DNA from: Trichoplax adhaerens
Taxonomy: Eukaryota; Animalia; Placozoa
Assembly: GCF_000150275.1 (NCBI RefSeq)
Contig: NW_002060951.1
Span: forward strand, 2,118,297 to 2,182,296
Length of the DNA: 64,000 bases
Direction of reading: 5' to 3'
The position numbers and the translations under genes were made by a program. The notes under the pieces are model-generated. The model did no database searches, was not told where the DNA came from, and saw nothing but the letters and a program-made list of their open reading frames with translations. Shown here piece by piece: positions 1-15,900 of this stretch; position 1 is the first letter of the stretch; each line of letters begins with the position of its first letter.

Positions 1-67
1 TGTGATTTGTACGCATTTAGTAAAACGAAAAACCTTTGATAACCTGGATTGTTGCTGCGCAATTTAG

Positions 68-1348
68 GAACAGTCAATGGATGAATTAGCGAAAGAAATC
101 GTCGATAAGTGGACTGAAAGTCCATCAGATGATGCTAGACTCGGTAAATTAACAATTATGATATATGATTGCTCCAATACAAATATTTGATATGATATTA
201 CAGTATGCTTGAAACAAAATTGTTCTTATTACTGTAATCATGAATATGATATCCTTTAGTATGCCATCTTTATGAATCAAAGCATTTACTTTTTGATAAT
301 TAATTTATATATATATATACAGCATATACGAGTATATATATTATTTAGGGCAGTAACTGCACCATATAGTCAATGATAGTAATATGTTTTATGATTCATA
401 GAATGCAGCCTTTCCAAGACTGCAGAAGGAAGCATCAATATAGAATCGGCATTAAAAAGCGCCATTTCTGATATCGCTACAGTTCAAATACACGAGAGAA
501 ATGTAATGGATCAGAAGGAGAAAACAGTATGCGAACGTTACGGCTACGAAAGTACAGGAGGAGCGGTCGAAAGGGGATCATATCCTGATTTAAAAGGCTT
601 ATTACTGCAGGCAATCATGAATCGATGAAATGTTACAATTACCGAAGTTATACAATAATATAATCAGATTACTAAAGCATCTGATGTGAAATACTTCAGC
701 ATCAGTTCTCAGTGCAAATGCTGTTTGACCAGATTAATATCAAGTATTTGATCACTTAGGGTAGTGAATGATCATTAATTTCATATTACATCGAAGTTAT
801 TTGTACATTCCGTAATAGATACCTTTCTTTCAAATCGTATCAAGTTAGCAATTGTATTGATATTTATGCAATTCAGAACGCTACCTTAACTTTACGAAAT
901 GATGACGATGATTTATCGGACAATATGATCTCAGGTATTTTAAAACCTTGACAATAATTCTATATTTATAATCTAACAATCATGATAGATTATGATAGCT
1001 GCTGTTTATCAAACGGTCCATAAAATAGTTATAGGATTTATTACAGATATTATAATTATCAAATAATAATGAGCTCGTAAGAAATTAAACTAGAAAATAT
1101 TTTGACAACTAATGCTTCTTTTCTTTCTCTCGAATCATTCGTGCAATCAATTGTATTTAGATTTCCACCCTAATACCAACACTGCGGCTGTCGCTGTAGA
1201 AGAGCGTCACAAGCGAGAAGAGCAGAAGGCTTCACATGCAGCGCGTGTAGAAAGGGATAAAATTAATAGGCAAAAAGAGAAACAGAAAGTTGCAGATAGA
1301 AAAGAAAGAGAAAAAAAGAGAACGCAAAAGAGAGAAAGAAGGCGTTAG
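68..1348 (+). CDS. CCDC43: Coiled-coil domain-containing protein 43, 3' part (5' exons lie before the window)
   Basis: Exons 68-143 (EQSMDELAKEIVDKW...), 402-610 (or 402-526; donor ambiguous), 877-934 (acidic NDDDDLSD) and 1161-1348 join in frame. The C-terminus FHPNTN...ERDKINRQKEKQKVADRKEREKKRTQKRERRR* matches the recalled CCDC43 C-terminus (..FRNTN...ERKEKEKKRTQRGERKR) and the KEIV.KW motif. Confidence 0.85.
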
Positions 1349-2879
1349 CCATTGTGACATCTTCATAGAAATTTTAGCGAACGTTAACAGTTTTCCTGCG
1401 TTTTACCGACTATGTCAGAAGTCTAGCCAGTAACAATGCATGCTCAATTGCATATACGAAGAGGGTTGACAGCTTTGTGTAGTATATTAATATCATATAT
1501 TTTATTATTAGGACTACAGACCTTTTATTTTATCATATCTACTTTTGTTTACGCCAATTATTCTGTAATATTTTCTTATGAAGAATTATACTAATAGCTG
1601 AGATTTCAAAATTTAGTGTTTGGTTACAATACTCTACACCAGGAATGTTAATACCATAAAGTTGCTATTATACAACATAATTTCAGAAATTATTTCATAA
1701 TAGTCCTTTCATCTTGTAGTCTGGATTGCACGATTAACACAGTCATTAATTTTCTGTCAAGTTGTACAAACTTTTTCTCACGATTGTCAGACAAAATGCA
1801 ATTTTTTAGGTTGATACGATGCTTAAGTTGTATAATACTTTCGATGACTTTTTAATGCTGTATACTACTATCATTTGCGTATTTACTAGTGACAGTAGCG
1901 GTATTTTATGCTAGGATTTAAAAATAAATATAACGATATTAATTAACTAGGTAATTCCAGCGTTCACATTGCTTAGAATTACAGGTACATATTTATTGTT
2001 ATCTAACGAAATATAGTTAATAAAAATTTAATTTCAATGCTGCGCTGTTTGGTTGCTTTCATTTTAATTAGGTGTAAGCTGATGAAACCAATGCTTACTC
2101 TGTCATTGTAATAGACCTTGGAACATACGTTACACTGTACAACATACAACTAGTTTAGATATTTAAATAGTTAATTTAAATAGTATCGCCTTATCAGATA
2201 CTGAAAAATTTAAAACTATACAATTGATTGAACACGAATTAATTTACAGTAAATAACGATTCCACAGCCAGATCAAGTACTAACGCTGGATAGATATAAG
2301 TACGCATATATGATGTTATGGAGCTGTCAATATAGAAATTTTATTTTATAACAGACTAGCAACACCAGCTCATTAAATTGTCCAATTCATATAACTTCAG
2401 ATTATCAAGATTCTATTCCATGAACAGAACAATTTTTGCAGGTTATGATCTAATAAGTAGTCAATCTATCTTATAGCATTACAGATTACATTATTTTCGT
2501 TCTTGACCACAATTTGCAATTGAATGGTAAAATTCAATCACGACTAATAACTAAAATAAGATTTTCTATCCGTATTTATCTAATTGGAGAAAAGGCATTA
2601 ATTGTAACGGGTATAGTTTTATTTAAAAGCAGTAATTAGATAGGTAATTTTCTCGTCATCTATTAGTTGACTATATAATCATCTAGCAAATCAATTACAG
2701 ACTGGAGTTATAGAACATACGAGTGTGTGTAAAAGCTTTATTAAATTCTTCGTCCTGAATAAATTGCCTTGTATTACGTTACCAACAAATGTAAGCAATG
2801 CTACTGAACGGCGACGTAAATTAAACTAAATACCGCATAATATTTTATAAAATACGTTACATATATTTCACATCTTAAT

Positions 2880-6387
<3,508 letters not shown>

Positions 6388-6483
6388 GTTAGAAATTGAA
6401 CGAACACTCTACAGTACAGTACAGTACTTTACCGTAAGTTACAGTACATAATACTGTGGCAAACCAAGTTAGCGGCTGGTGCC

Positions 6484-6954
6484 TACTGTACAGTAGTGCT
6501 GTAGACGTCGAGCGATTGGACGTCCAACGGACGTTCGATTTTGGACGTTCGGTATGTACTGTACGTTCGTTGTCAGATCGGACGTCGACGAACTGTACTG
6601 TACAGTGTACAGTGTACAGTACAGCGTATACAGTCAGTTTGTACTGTATAATCCCACCCCAATACTGTACTATACTGTACAGTACATACAGTACAGTAGT
6701 ACAAACGTCTTTTACAACACTTTGTATTTCAGAGTCATGACTACAGTACAGTATACTGTACGCTGTTACGTACTACTGTACAGTATACTGTAGTATAGTC
6801 TTATACCGTACTGTACAGTGTACACTATATACTGTAGTGTTAACACTGTACACTGTGTACGTTGGTACGTTCAATGAACGTCCGACGTTCAAATTGGACG
6901 TTTGTACGTTCGTTCATTAAAACTGGCTAACGTCCACAGTACTACTGTACAGTA
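6484..6954. mobile_element. Possible MITE-like element: 25-bp imperfect terminal inverted repeats with subterminal GGACGT(C/T) motif clusters
   Basis: 6484-6508 TACTGTACAGTAGTGCTGTAGACGT versus 6930-6954 ACGTCCACAGTACTACTGTACAGTA is a 23/25 reverse-complement match. ACGT-core motifs (GGACGTCC, GGACGTTC, GTACGTTC, GAACGTCC) cluster at ~6503-6592 and ~6857-6936. No clear TSD, and part of the match comes from the palindromic background. Confidence 0.35.
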
Positions 6955-7346
6955 CTACTGTTGAGTACTACTGAGTACAGTATAACATTTAGTAGTCCAG
7001 ACTGTGTGGTACAGTACGGTGCACTGTAACTCGAGTCAAAAAAAAAAAATCACGTGATGAGAGAACGAACTACAGTCTCTACTGTACAGTACAGTACTGT
7101 ACTGCAGTGATCCGAACCAGTCACCGGATCACCGCTAAAATGCAACCATACAGTACAGTGTACAGTACTGTACATGTGAAACGCGTGACGTTGGCGGACG
7201 CCTATTTTGCTGTACTGTATTGCCCGAAAGTGATCAATTATTGGGTTACGCACTGTATGCTGTACCTTATATATTTTGTATATTCCATAATGTGCACTGG
7301 TCGTCACTTAGCATCCTGGAAAGAGATACAGAATGCATCTATGGAA

Positions 7347-7444
7347 GCTGTTCAGCTATCTATGCTTATATCATCAATCACAATCATCCGATCGAAATCA
7401 ATCAAGATGTCGTGTAATCTGCTGAAGCATATCATCAACACAGC
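7347..7444 (-). ncRNA. Candidate box C/D snoRNA (~98 nt)
   Basis: Minus strand reads GCTGT-G-TTGATGA (box C)...TTGA (possible D')...TTGATGA (possible C')...CTGA (box D)-ACAGC. The 5-bp terminal stem GCTGT/ACAGC has canonical K-turn spacing. A TATAAAAG lies ~70 nt upstream and a 3' splice site (TCTCTTTCCAG) ~30 nt downstream. No target was recognised by eye. Confidence 0.5.
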
Positions 7445-7515
7445 AATAGTCGTATAAAACCAGTTGCAGTCACAAGATTTAGAAGACTAGTAACAGCACA
7501 TGGATTTCAACTAGC

Positions 7516-7523
7516 CTTTTATA
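7516..7523 (-). promoter_or_regulatory. Consensus TATA box (TATAAAAG) upstream of the candidate snoRNA/host transcript
   Basis: Exact TATAAAAG on the minus strand, immediately downstream of the 7555-7745 TACAG block. Confidence 0.35.
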
Positions 7524-9971
7524 TCAATGTTTTCTGTGCTTCGCTTATGGGACAAGATTTACAGTACAGTTCTGCAACGTACCGTACACTGTACTGTACA
7601 GTACAGTACGGTACCAGGAACTTCTCAACTTTACAGTACTGTACACTGTACAGTACAGTACTATACAGTACAATACTGTACATTGTACAGTACAGTACAG
7701 TATACTCAGAGTACAGTACAGTACTGTACTGTATACTGTAGTTCAGTAGTCCGTGAGCTCTCTAAGTAAGTAAGTAATCATTATTGCCTTGAAAACGAGT
7801 CAAGAATCCCACCTACACTCGGATATTTTAATTGAAACAGACTAGTCTTTACCATGGACTAATAAATCTTGAAATAAATAGTCCTTGTCCTTACTAGGAT
7901 CAAATTTAGAACCCTCTTTATTTTAAACAGTAACTCGCTTATATCTTCTTTCTAGTCTCGCGAGCAACTACAGAGTACAGTATACATAACCTATGCAGTA
8001 CTGTACATGAACATAACACTTTATTGTACAGTACTGTATATACTGTATATTTTAAATAATAATATCAGCTGTCATATATTCTTAGATCAAAATTTGTAAA
8101 AATTTTATTCTCTGCTTTTAATATACCCGTACATTAGAGCAAGCATATAACACAAGATCAGAGCACGATCTGGCTGAGCTTTGAGCTCTCTTATAAATTA
8201 GGTATCTAACTAATTCCCCTTCCCTGCCCTTAGCCGAAGATGATTTAATTATAACAAACCATATACAGTACTATCTCTCGTATAGCTAATAAATAAATGT
8301 TATTAACAATTAATGAAATCTTAATTACTAATTACTAATTACTAAGGCTAATGCCACAATTAATTGACGGAGTCTATACTCCGTCATAAAGGCATATACC
8401 ACGGACTACTAAAAATACATCTAGTAGTTTATGCATACACGTATTAAAGTGAAATATCACTGCGATACCCTTTTTGAGATGATAGGAATTCGTTCACTTT
8501 TTTAACACAATACAAATAATTGTATTATTTCGAATGTTCCGTAAACTTTTTACTGTGCTATATATTCTTGTACATATTTTTGCTCAATATTTATTTCATA
8601 AATTCCGCACAAATGAGTATATTAATTATCAAAGAATTTTACTACTTAATATTTAATACCATATACGGATAACGCTGTTGCTTATTTCGGGGAATAGATT
8701 GATACTGAAAAAAGTTAGCAGGTCTTAGTGATATTTGCAATCTCCTTAGCTGTATCTTAGTAGATCATAGTTATTTTTACAGCGTAAGTAACTCCCAACT
8801 TAAGAATATCGCAGGCAGGTTGAAATAGCAGTTGCGAACTGGCCCAACTGAAACCTATCATTCGTCTTGTTGACGCTAGAAATTAGAAGTAGAATTTATA
8901 AGTTAAGATGGAATGGTCTAGGACGATAACCTTACGTAATAAGTTTATCATGGAACTTTATCCAGTAGTTTAATAGTTTCTAATGCTAAGTAAAAAATTT
9001 AATGAATTTAGACTGTATTTTTAACTAGTACGAATTCTTCAGATCCCCTTTGATAGTTTAGTGTAAGATCGACCAAATGATTGAGAAGTACAAGTATTCT
9101 AATTTTTTCGTAACTTTTTAGCCAAGGAAAGCACATTCTCAATACGGATTGCTAGTAAGAATATTCCTAGGCTGTAATAACATAAACGTTAACATTCCTA
9201 TCGTATTCTCACTTAATAACTTACGTGTTGCTTTATATTTAGTAAGTGTTAAGCTAAACTCTATTATAGTAATTTCTACCTAATTTTTACTCAGATTCGT
9301 TTCCATACTACAGCTTTACAAGCTAGAATTATATAATCACTGTTCTACAATAAATCTTCTGGTTTGGCTTTAATGTATAATATCTTTTTCTGCAACCACC
9401 GAGTGTACTATCAACTAGCATCAAAATTTTCTAGACCATAAAACAGCTCTCGGACGGCCTGAGCATTAATGACCAAATTGTAGTAAACCAAGGAAATGGT
9501 TTCACAAAAAATTTAAATATTTTCAATTATTTGCTATTCATTTATATTTTATAACTCGCGGTAAATGAGCAAACGGGAAGTACTTCCTTAATAACTATGC
9601 TACAGCATAGTATTAACTGTACGTCCAAAAATGCCAATACCGGATTATATGCAGTGACAAACTCAAGCTTGAATGCTAATTACAATTGTTGCATAATTCG
9701 AGGCAAACTTAATTCAAACTAATGCATAATTAATCCTTCATTTATATTTAGATATTTAGCTAGTAGTCATTATATTATTCTGCTAGAAAGATATTATAAA
9801 ATTTATCTATTTATCCATGTACCGTTTTAATACCTATTGATACTACGTTCATGCTAGATAAAAACTATAATGTTAAAAAATCTCCACAGAAGATGTACCG
9901 TAGCACTGCTGTGCGTATTAGAGGTTCTTTTACTTAATACATATTTGAGCCAACTTTAGGCTTAAAGTTAT

Positions 9972-12900
9972 CTATTCAAGGTTAATTCCTTCATATGGAA
10001 TACCCTTGGATATCAGGTATGACTTCATTTCCTCAATAATCATTTTGTGCTAGATATAAGGTAGAAGTTAAGAAGTTAATTTGGTGATGCGATCCTATGA
10101 CTCAAAAAGCTAACGACGAAATTGGTCAGTGCTTAGTTGCTACTGCACAAGGATATATTGTGATTGCAGGGTTCTTGTGTGTATAGTAAACCATCTATAA
10201 CTTTCGTATAACGTTTTATTGGAGACTACAATTACATCCTACTGCAATCAATTTGCTGAGAAAATAACGTACGCTGGCTTTGAATCATACATGGCACACA
10301 TAGCTAGTACAGCATTTCCTAAAAAGGATATAGCAACTGACCCTATAGATTTCTTCTTTTAACTGATTGATGTCTTCAGATTCCGCATACAATTTACTAG
10401 ACCCCTTCGTACCACTTGTCCAGAGCCGATTCCCAACATTACTGTTATTATTAGTATTACTCGATATTGTTTTCCTGTTTCTTACAAATTCTTTCATCTT
10501 AAGAGAAATTAAATAGTGGCATTTTATCAATTTTAATTCTACTACCTCTAGCTAGCGATTAGCATGGAGAATTCATGGTCACTTTCACTTCCTAAACACA
10601 TTACGTTAGGAGTTTAGAAGTGCTAAATCAGATAGATGATTTATTTTCTAGGGCTTTCCTATGACTAGACTTTTATAAACTATATACTGTAGGAAGCATA
10701 TAGGTTATGAATATCGCCAACTCTAAAAAATTAATACGCTACTTAACCTATTCGGTAATACTCACAGTAGGTATAAAAATGATGCAAGTGGTAATAGTCG
10801 TAGCAAAAAATATGAAAGATGCAACCAGAGCGTAAGCAATATGAGGTTCAGCAAATGTAAATTCATGTAAAATAACTCCAACCGTTGATAGTAATGCAAC
10901 ATTATAAATTGAAACCGCAATTAACTTGGAATCATTTAACTCCTGTATGTGCACATAACGTGTTTCCCAGGCAAGAAATGCACCAAAGATCATCACCAGA
11001 AATTTATATCCATACGTGACACCCAGCCAAATCGACATATTTTCTGAACGACAAACTAAGATATTATAAAAGGTCTCTACCTCTCCATTTACAGACATAA
11101 GCCTCTGAAATACAAAATTTAAACAATCAAATATATCTATATAGAATAGCAGCACCTATCCCAAGCTATCTATAATGATGCATAATTGTTGAAAATATCT
11201 ATAGCAAACAAGTGTAATAAAATGATATTAACTATAAACTTAAATTATATGAACTAGCATCAATCAGTGAGTGTATCTATTAGTATTGTTACTACGGCAT
11301 CCTTCTTGCGAAAATAACCTTTAATTATGGTTGAGCTAAGTGATACAGATTAATAATAAAGTGAGAAAGGCATTTAATTAATATTTAATCAATACCAAGC
11401 AATATTATCGTACTAAAAATAAAGCAGTCGCCTTGAATTGATAAATTAAACAGGGTTTATTGGAGCTAATATAATATCTGCTTAAATTATTCATCAAATA
11501 ATCATCAAATATTAAGGATTTACGAGATGATAAAACCTCTATCAACAACTCTTGAGGTAAAACTACTTCAGAACTTATAGATAAATGTATTATTGTAACG
11601 CTATACTGATGACCTGAAAATCATTTGTAAGTATAATAAATTGCTCATCATATTATAATTTATCGCATGCTATGCGTCATCTCTATATTGATATAAAGAC
11701 TTAATTAAAGTTTGTTTACAACAAAAGGCTTAATAAAATGTTAAATACGATCTTTTTTTAATACCTTATTTGGTAAATCCTGGACTGTTGTCTCAAGTGG
11801 ATTTATTATTTGCCAGCAAGTTAAGATGATTAAATCAATCATAACAAGGCTTATCAACCTTAAGATTACATGTCGATCTTTAATGTTCTAAAATTATTAT
11901 GATCGATTCAGTAACAGTACATATCAGTGCTAGCCAATTCTTATTGCTTATATATCCGTTCATATATTAAGAATGTAAAGCTATAATCCAGTACTGATAA
12001 GGAATAAGCTATTAGCAAAGATTTCTCAGTTCGGAAATCCATTATATTAGAGTAAAATAAATGATAATCTTAAACTTACAAAGGACTAACTATACACCGT
12101 ATATAGCTACTATATTTCGTAAGCATCTTACCACTTTTTTAGAAAATTTATTCCTATAAATGGCATAAATTCTCCAGGTTTTACAGAATAAAGCCCCAAA
12201 ACCGAGTGTAAACCCTATACTTAATTGCCAAGTAGCAATGGTACATGCATATTTAACCATATCTTGTCGCATGATACTCCAATCTAAGCCAAATAGTACA
12301 ATTGCTAAATAACAGCAAACGCTTCCAGCTAGCATGAGAACATTAATCCTAGGACTTGTAATTTTGACTATCCTACAAAACAATAGTTCCATAGTAAAGC
12401 ATTTGAATCTACTGCAGTACGAAAATTCAGTAAAGTTACAATCCTTGCTATCGTAACCCGTTAAAATACTGCTATTGGTAAATTTATGACCTAGTAGATC
12501 GTTTAGAAATATTAAATGCAATAATGCTCAGTGCAAACAAGATCCCAATGCCAGACAAGACTGCAAATACGATAAATACTCCAAAGCCGATACCAAGATT
12601 GACAACAACTATTCGTACATGATCCATTGGGATTTTTTTGCCTATAATTAAAAGTCCGAATATATTATATTATTTTCTCTCATCCACATCGTATTTAGCA
12701 TGATAAATAAAAATGTGTTCGTTAATTAAAGGAATATCGTTATATAGCAATGTAAACTATGGTAATTTTGCATATTTAACGGTAAATTAATATTTCAGTA
12801 GCGTAAAATACCACTGTATGATCAATTATCTTACACATACCTTTCCAGGCAACGAAACTTTCGTTTATAGAAACGCTATCATTAAAGACGTCGTAAAATC

Positions 12901-15900
12901 CTACTTGCAAAGTATAATTTATATACTTATTTCCTGCAATAAAAGAATATCTTATAGTGAGATAAGTTAATAAGAAAGGATCGATTAATTAACGATCGCG
13001 AAGTACTCTAGACATCAGCTTAGAAATTGAGTATACTGTTAATATATGGATAATTTGATATTTCAATTTCATCCCAATAGCATAACTGAAAAGTATTGAG
13101 CCAAACATGCAGATATAATCTCAAAACTTACTTTGATATTGCATATACTTCACGTTGCCAATTCTATTTCCATCAACGAATTTTATTTTACCCTAAGAAG
13201 ACAATACCAATGTTGGTAAATTATTAGCATTAACAAAAAATTAAAAATAATTATAAATTATTGCATAGTTACTCTAAATCAATAAGCTTTCTAAATTTAT
13301 TCTATCTATATATTTAAAAGGCTACCGGTATGTCATAAGTATTATTTTAGCGTACGGTCTGAAAATACAATTAATTCAATTCAAATACCAGCATTCAATG
13401 TAGGAGCGGTAATAATTCATGAACACTGACGTAAAGTAACAATCTCGATAAATTAAGCATATACAATCTTGATAAATGTTGATTAACAGAATTTATGGTT
13501 ATCTTGAACATACACTTATGCCGATAAATGAAACATTATTCAGAGCTTCTTGAAAGATGGACCTCGTTAATATATCTTTATAGTTAAAATCTGCTAATGT
13601 ATGCCCATGGTACTTTTTTAAGATATGATCGGTAGTATTCAAACCCAGTGCTATAGACCAAACAGCATCGTAAGCATAAGGGAAAGTACCAGTCAGATGA
13701 GTACGATTTCCAAAATTCTTATATTCCGTTAAGAATTGATCAGGCGTCTATGGAAGAATATAAAGCAAAAAGCTGTAGTCTTGTCGAATAATACTGTATA
13801 CTTATCTTAGTATTTAATCATGTAAGATTTAACTAGATAGCTTACATAGCCACTAAGTCGAGGTTCCTTAAGGTCAGGCAAATTGACACCTTTAAAGGCA
13901 AAGTAACCGTCGAGAACTTTCAAAATTTCGTTAATACTGCAATTTAACTTATTTTCATCATAGTTTTGAAACATCCAATTGCTATAAAACCAGCCACTCA
14001 AAAACCAAACATATTTTGGACCATATAAATTTTGTTTAAAAGCCTGTCGAATAGAATTTTCAAAACATTTCGTATGCGATTGTGCATTGTAAATGATTTA
14101 TAGTTAACATAATAATGTAATATTTACCGAGCAAATAACTGATAGTACATCAGAAGGATAAGCAAGCACCATAATAATCCTTGCTTTACTTTCCTAATAG
14201 AAAATAGTCAGGACTATTTAATTGAGGGCTTAATGTAATGTACGTACTCTATATTTATTATTCGAGCTAAGCAATATGTAATAAAAATAGTGATCTGCAA
14301 ATATCACTGAACATCTGTTTAAAATGTTAGTCTGACATGTTAAACAGAATATCTTTTCTTTAAGATAGAAATATGTGGCGAAGTTATACATGTTGTGTGT
14401 GCCTTCATAATAGACGTATGTGTTTTTTTAGTCTAAATAAAATTTTTATAGCGATCAAGTATGCCTCTTCTCGCTGGTATACTACAATAGCGTTATGAAA
14501 TATCTAAAATTAAAAAGTAATTAACATCGCTAGTAGGTCTAGCATCTCACGATAACCGGTGCATTGCAACAATCTTACTTTAATTCGAGCAAGGTGAAAG
14601 TCAACTTCGCTTGAGAATGTTTCACTAGCCAAAATTTCCATATTTGCTAATTTAGCTCTCTGTCTTAAGTCTCTAGCAGTCTAATAAAATATGACGTATA
14701 ATATTAAATGACTATTAATTTATGGAATATTAATGATTTTGGCCATTATTATACTTATCAATTCATGTTGGTCTTACAGTAACAGTAATAATTATCATCA
14801 TTACGAATACACCAATCAAATAATTATTATGCTGATATAAATATTGCAACTTTTGTTGAAGAAAAATAGCCAATTAGGTTAAATTAGATTATTAAAACAA
14901 TGTACGACATAATTAAGATCAAAGTATGAAATGATCATTATTTTACAGTACTTTGCAACATACATAAGTAAAGAAATCAGCAGAATGGTTGATGATCGCA
15001 AATTTTTTCCATGAGTAATGCTTCAGCAACGCTATCCTGGCTGGATTAAAACTATAAGCGGAAACTGATGTTCGATAAAAGTAGGGATATAACTTCCTAT
15101 CTCCTAATTTCATAGAGACGGCGGCACTTGACATCTATGCACATGCCGACAAATAGAGAAATAAAAGAAAGAATACGTAGTAAAGAATAGTGATTCTACA
15201 ATATTACGAGATGCGTTTTAAACATTACCATTCCAGCAATGTTCGTAATATAAATTATAAGTAATCATTTGATAATGATTATGAAATCATATAATAATAT
15301 ATATTTTAATTAAAGGTATCAATCCCTACCACAAAAATAAGTCTAGCAACAAATTAATATTACGATGCGACAATATTGAAGAAGAAACTTTAACAAATCT
15401 TTTAGCATGACTTACCACAAGTAAATTCCAATATTTTGATATAGCTGCCACAGCTTCACAGTTTGGAGACAATATTGGTCCATAAATGATCATTTTTTGA
15501 GGTTTGTTACTTACAAGTTTAAAAAATTGTTTGATAGCGTAGGCTGAATTATGCTAAGGAAATACATAAAACAAAGCAATCAATTTAAATGAACGAAACT
15601 AAAATGAATATTAAAGTACCATATTAATGATGCAATAAAATTCTATGGAAACTATAAAATAATAACTATTGCATAATAAAATTATGAATTAATGATTTAC
15701 ATCAATCAATTCATATCATTGGCCACTTAAATAGTGAAATAAAATAAATAATATTTTTTGCAATTAATAACGAAACAAAAACGTATCAAAATCCATTAGT
15801 AAGCTCGATCCTTCACGAAATGTTTTAGTAATTTTATCGTACATCAAATTTAAATTCACAATTTATATTAATTTCGCAATTGATAGTGTTGTATAAAGTA

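Larger units (their letters stand above)
6409..8050. repeat. TACAG/CTGTA-rich low-complexity island (GTAC-core palindromes) in the NDUFV1 upstream/promoter region
   Basis: Dense TACAG, CTGTA, TACTGTACAGTA and CAGTACTG units in both orientations, in blocks at about 6409-6500, 6590-6860, 6935-7030, 7070-7175, 7555-7745 and 7968-8050. It begins ~20 bp upstream of the NDUFV1 ATG and does not reach this density elsewhere in the window. Confidence 0.9.

Noticed and set aside
7054-7135. Plus-strand GTGATGA as a second box C
   Set aside because: No downstream CTGA with a closing stem at a plausible distance.
6456-7769. Six-frame ORFs rich in Y/S/T/V/Q/C (6456-6740, 6554-6793, 7050-7307, 7107-7457, 7220-7417, 7527-7769, 7547-7741)
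   Set aside because: They are translations of the TACAG/CTGTA repeat (YSTVQ/TVLYC patterns), overlap in several frames and show no domain.
6409-8050. Possible CRISPR array or telomeric/satellite repeat
   Set aside because: No constant repeat with unique spacers, no fixed period, mixed orientation, eukaryotic context and no cas genes.
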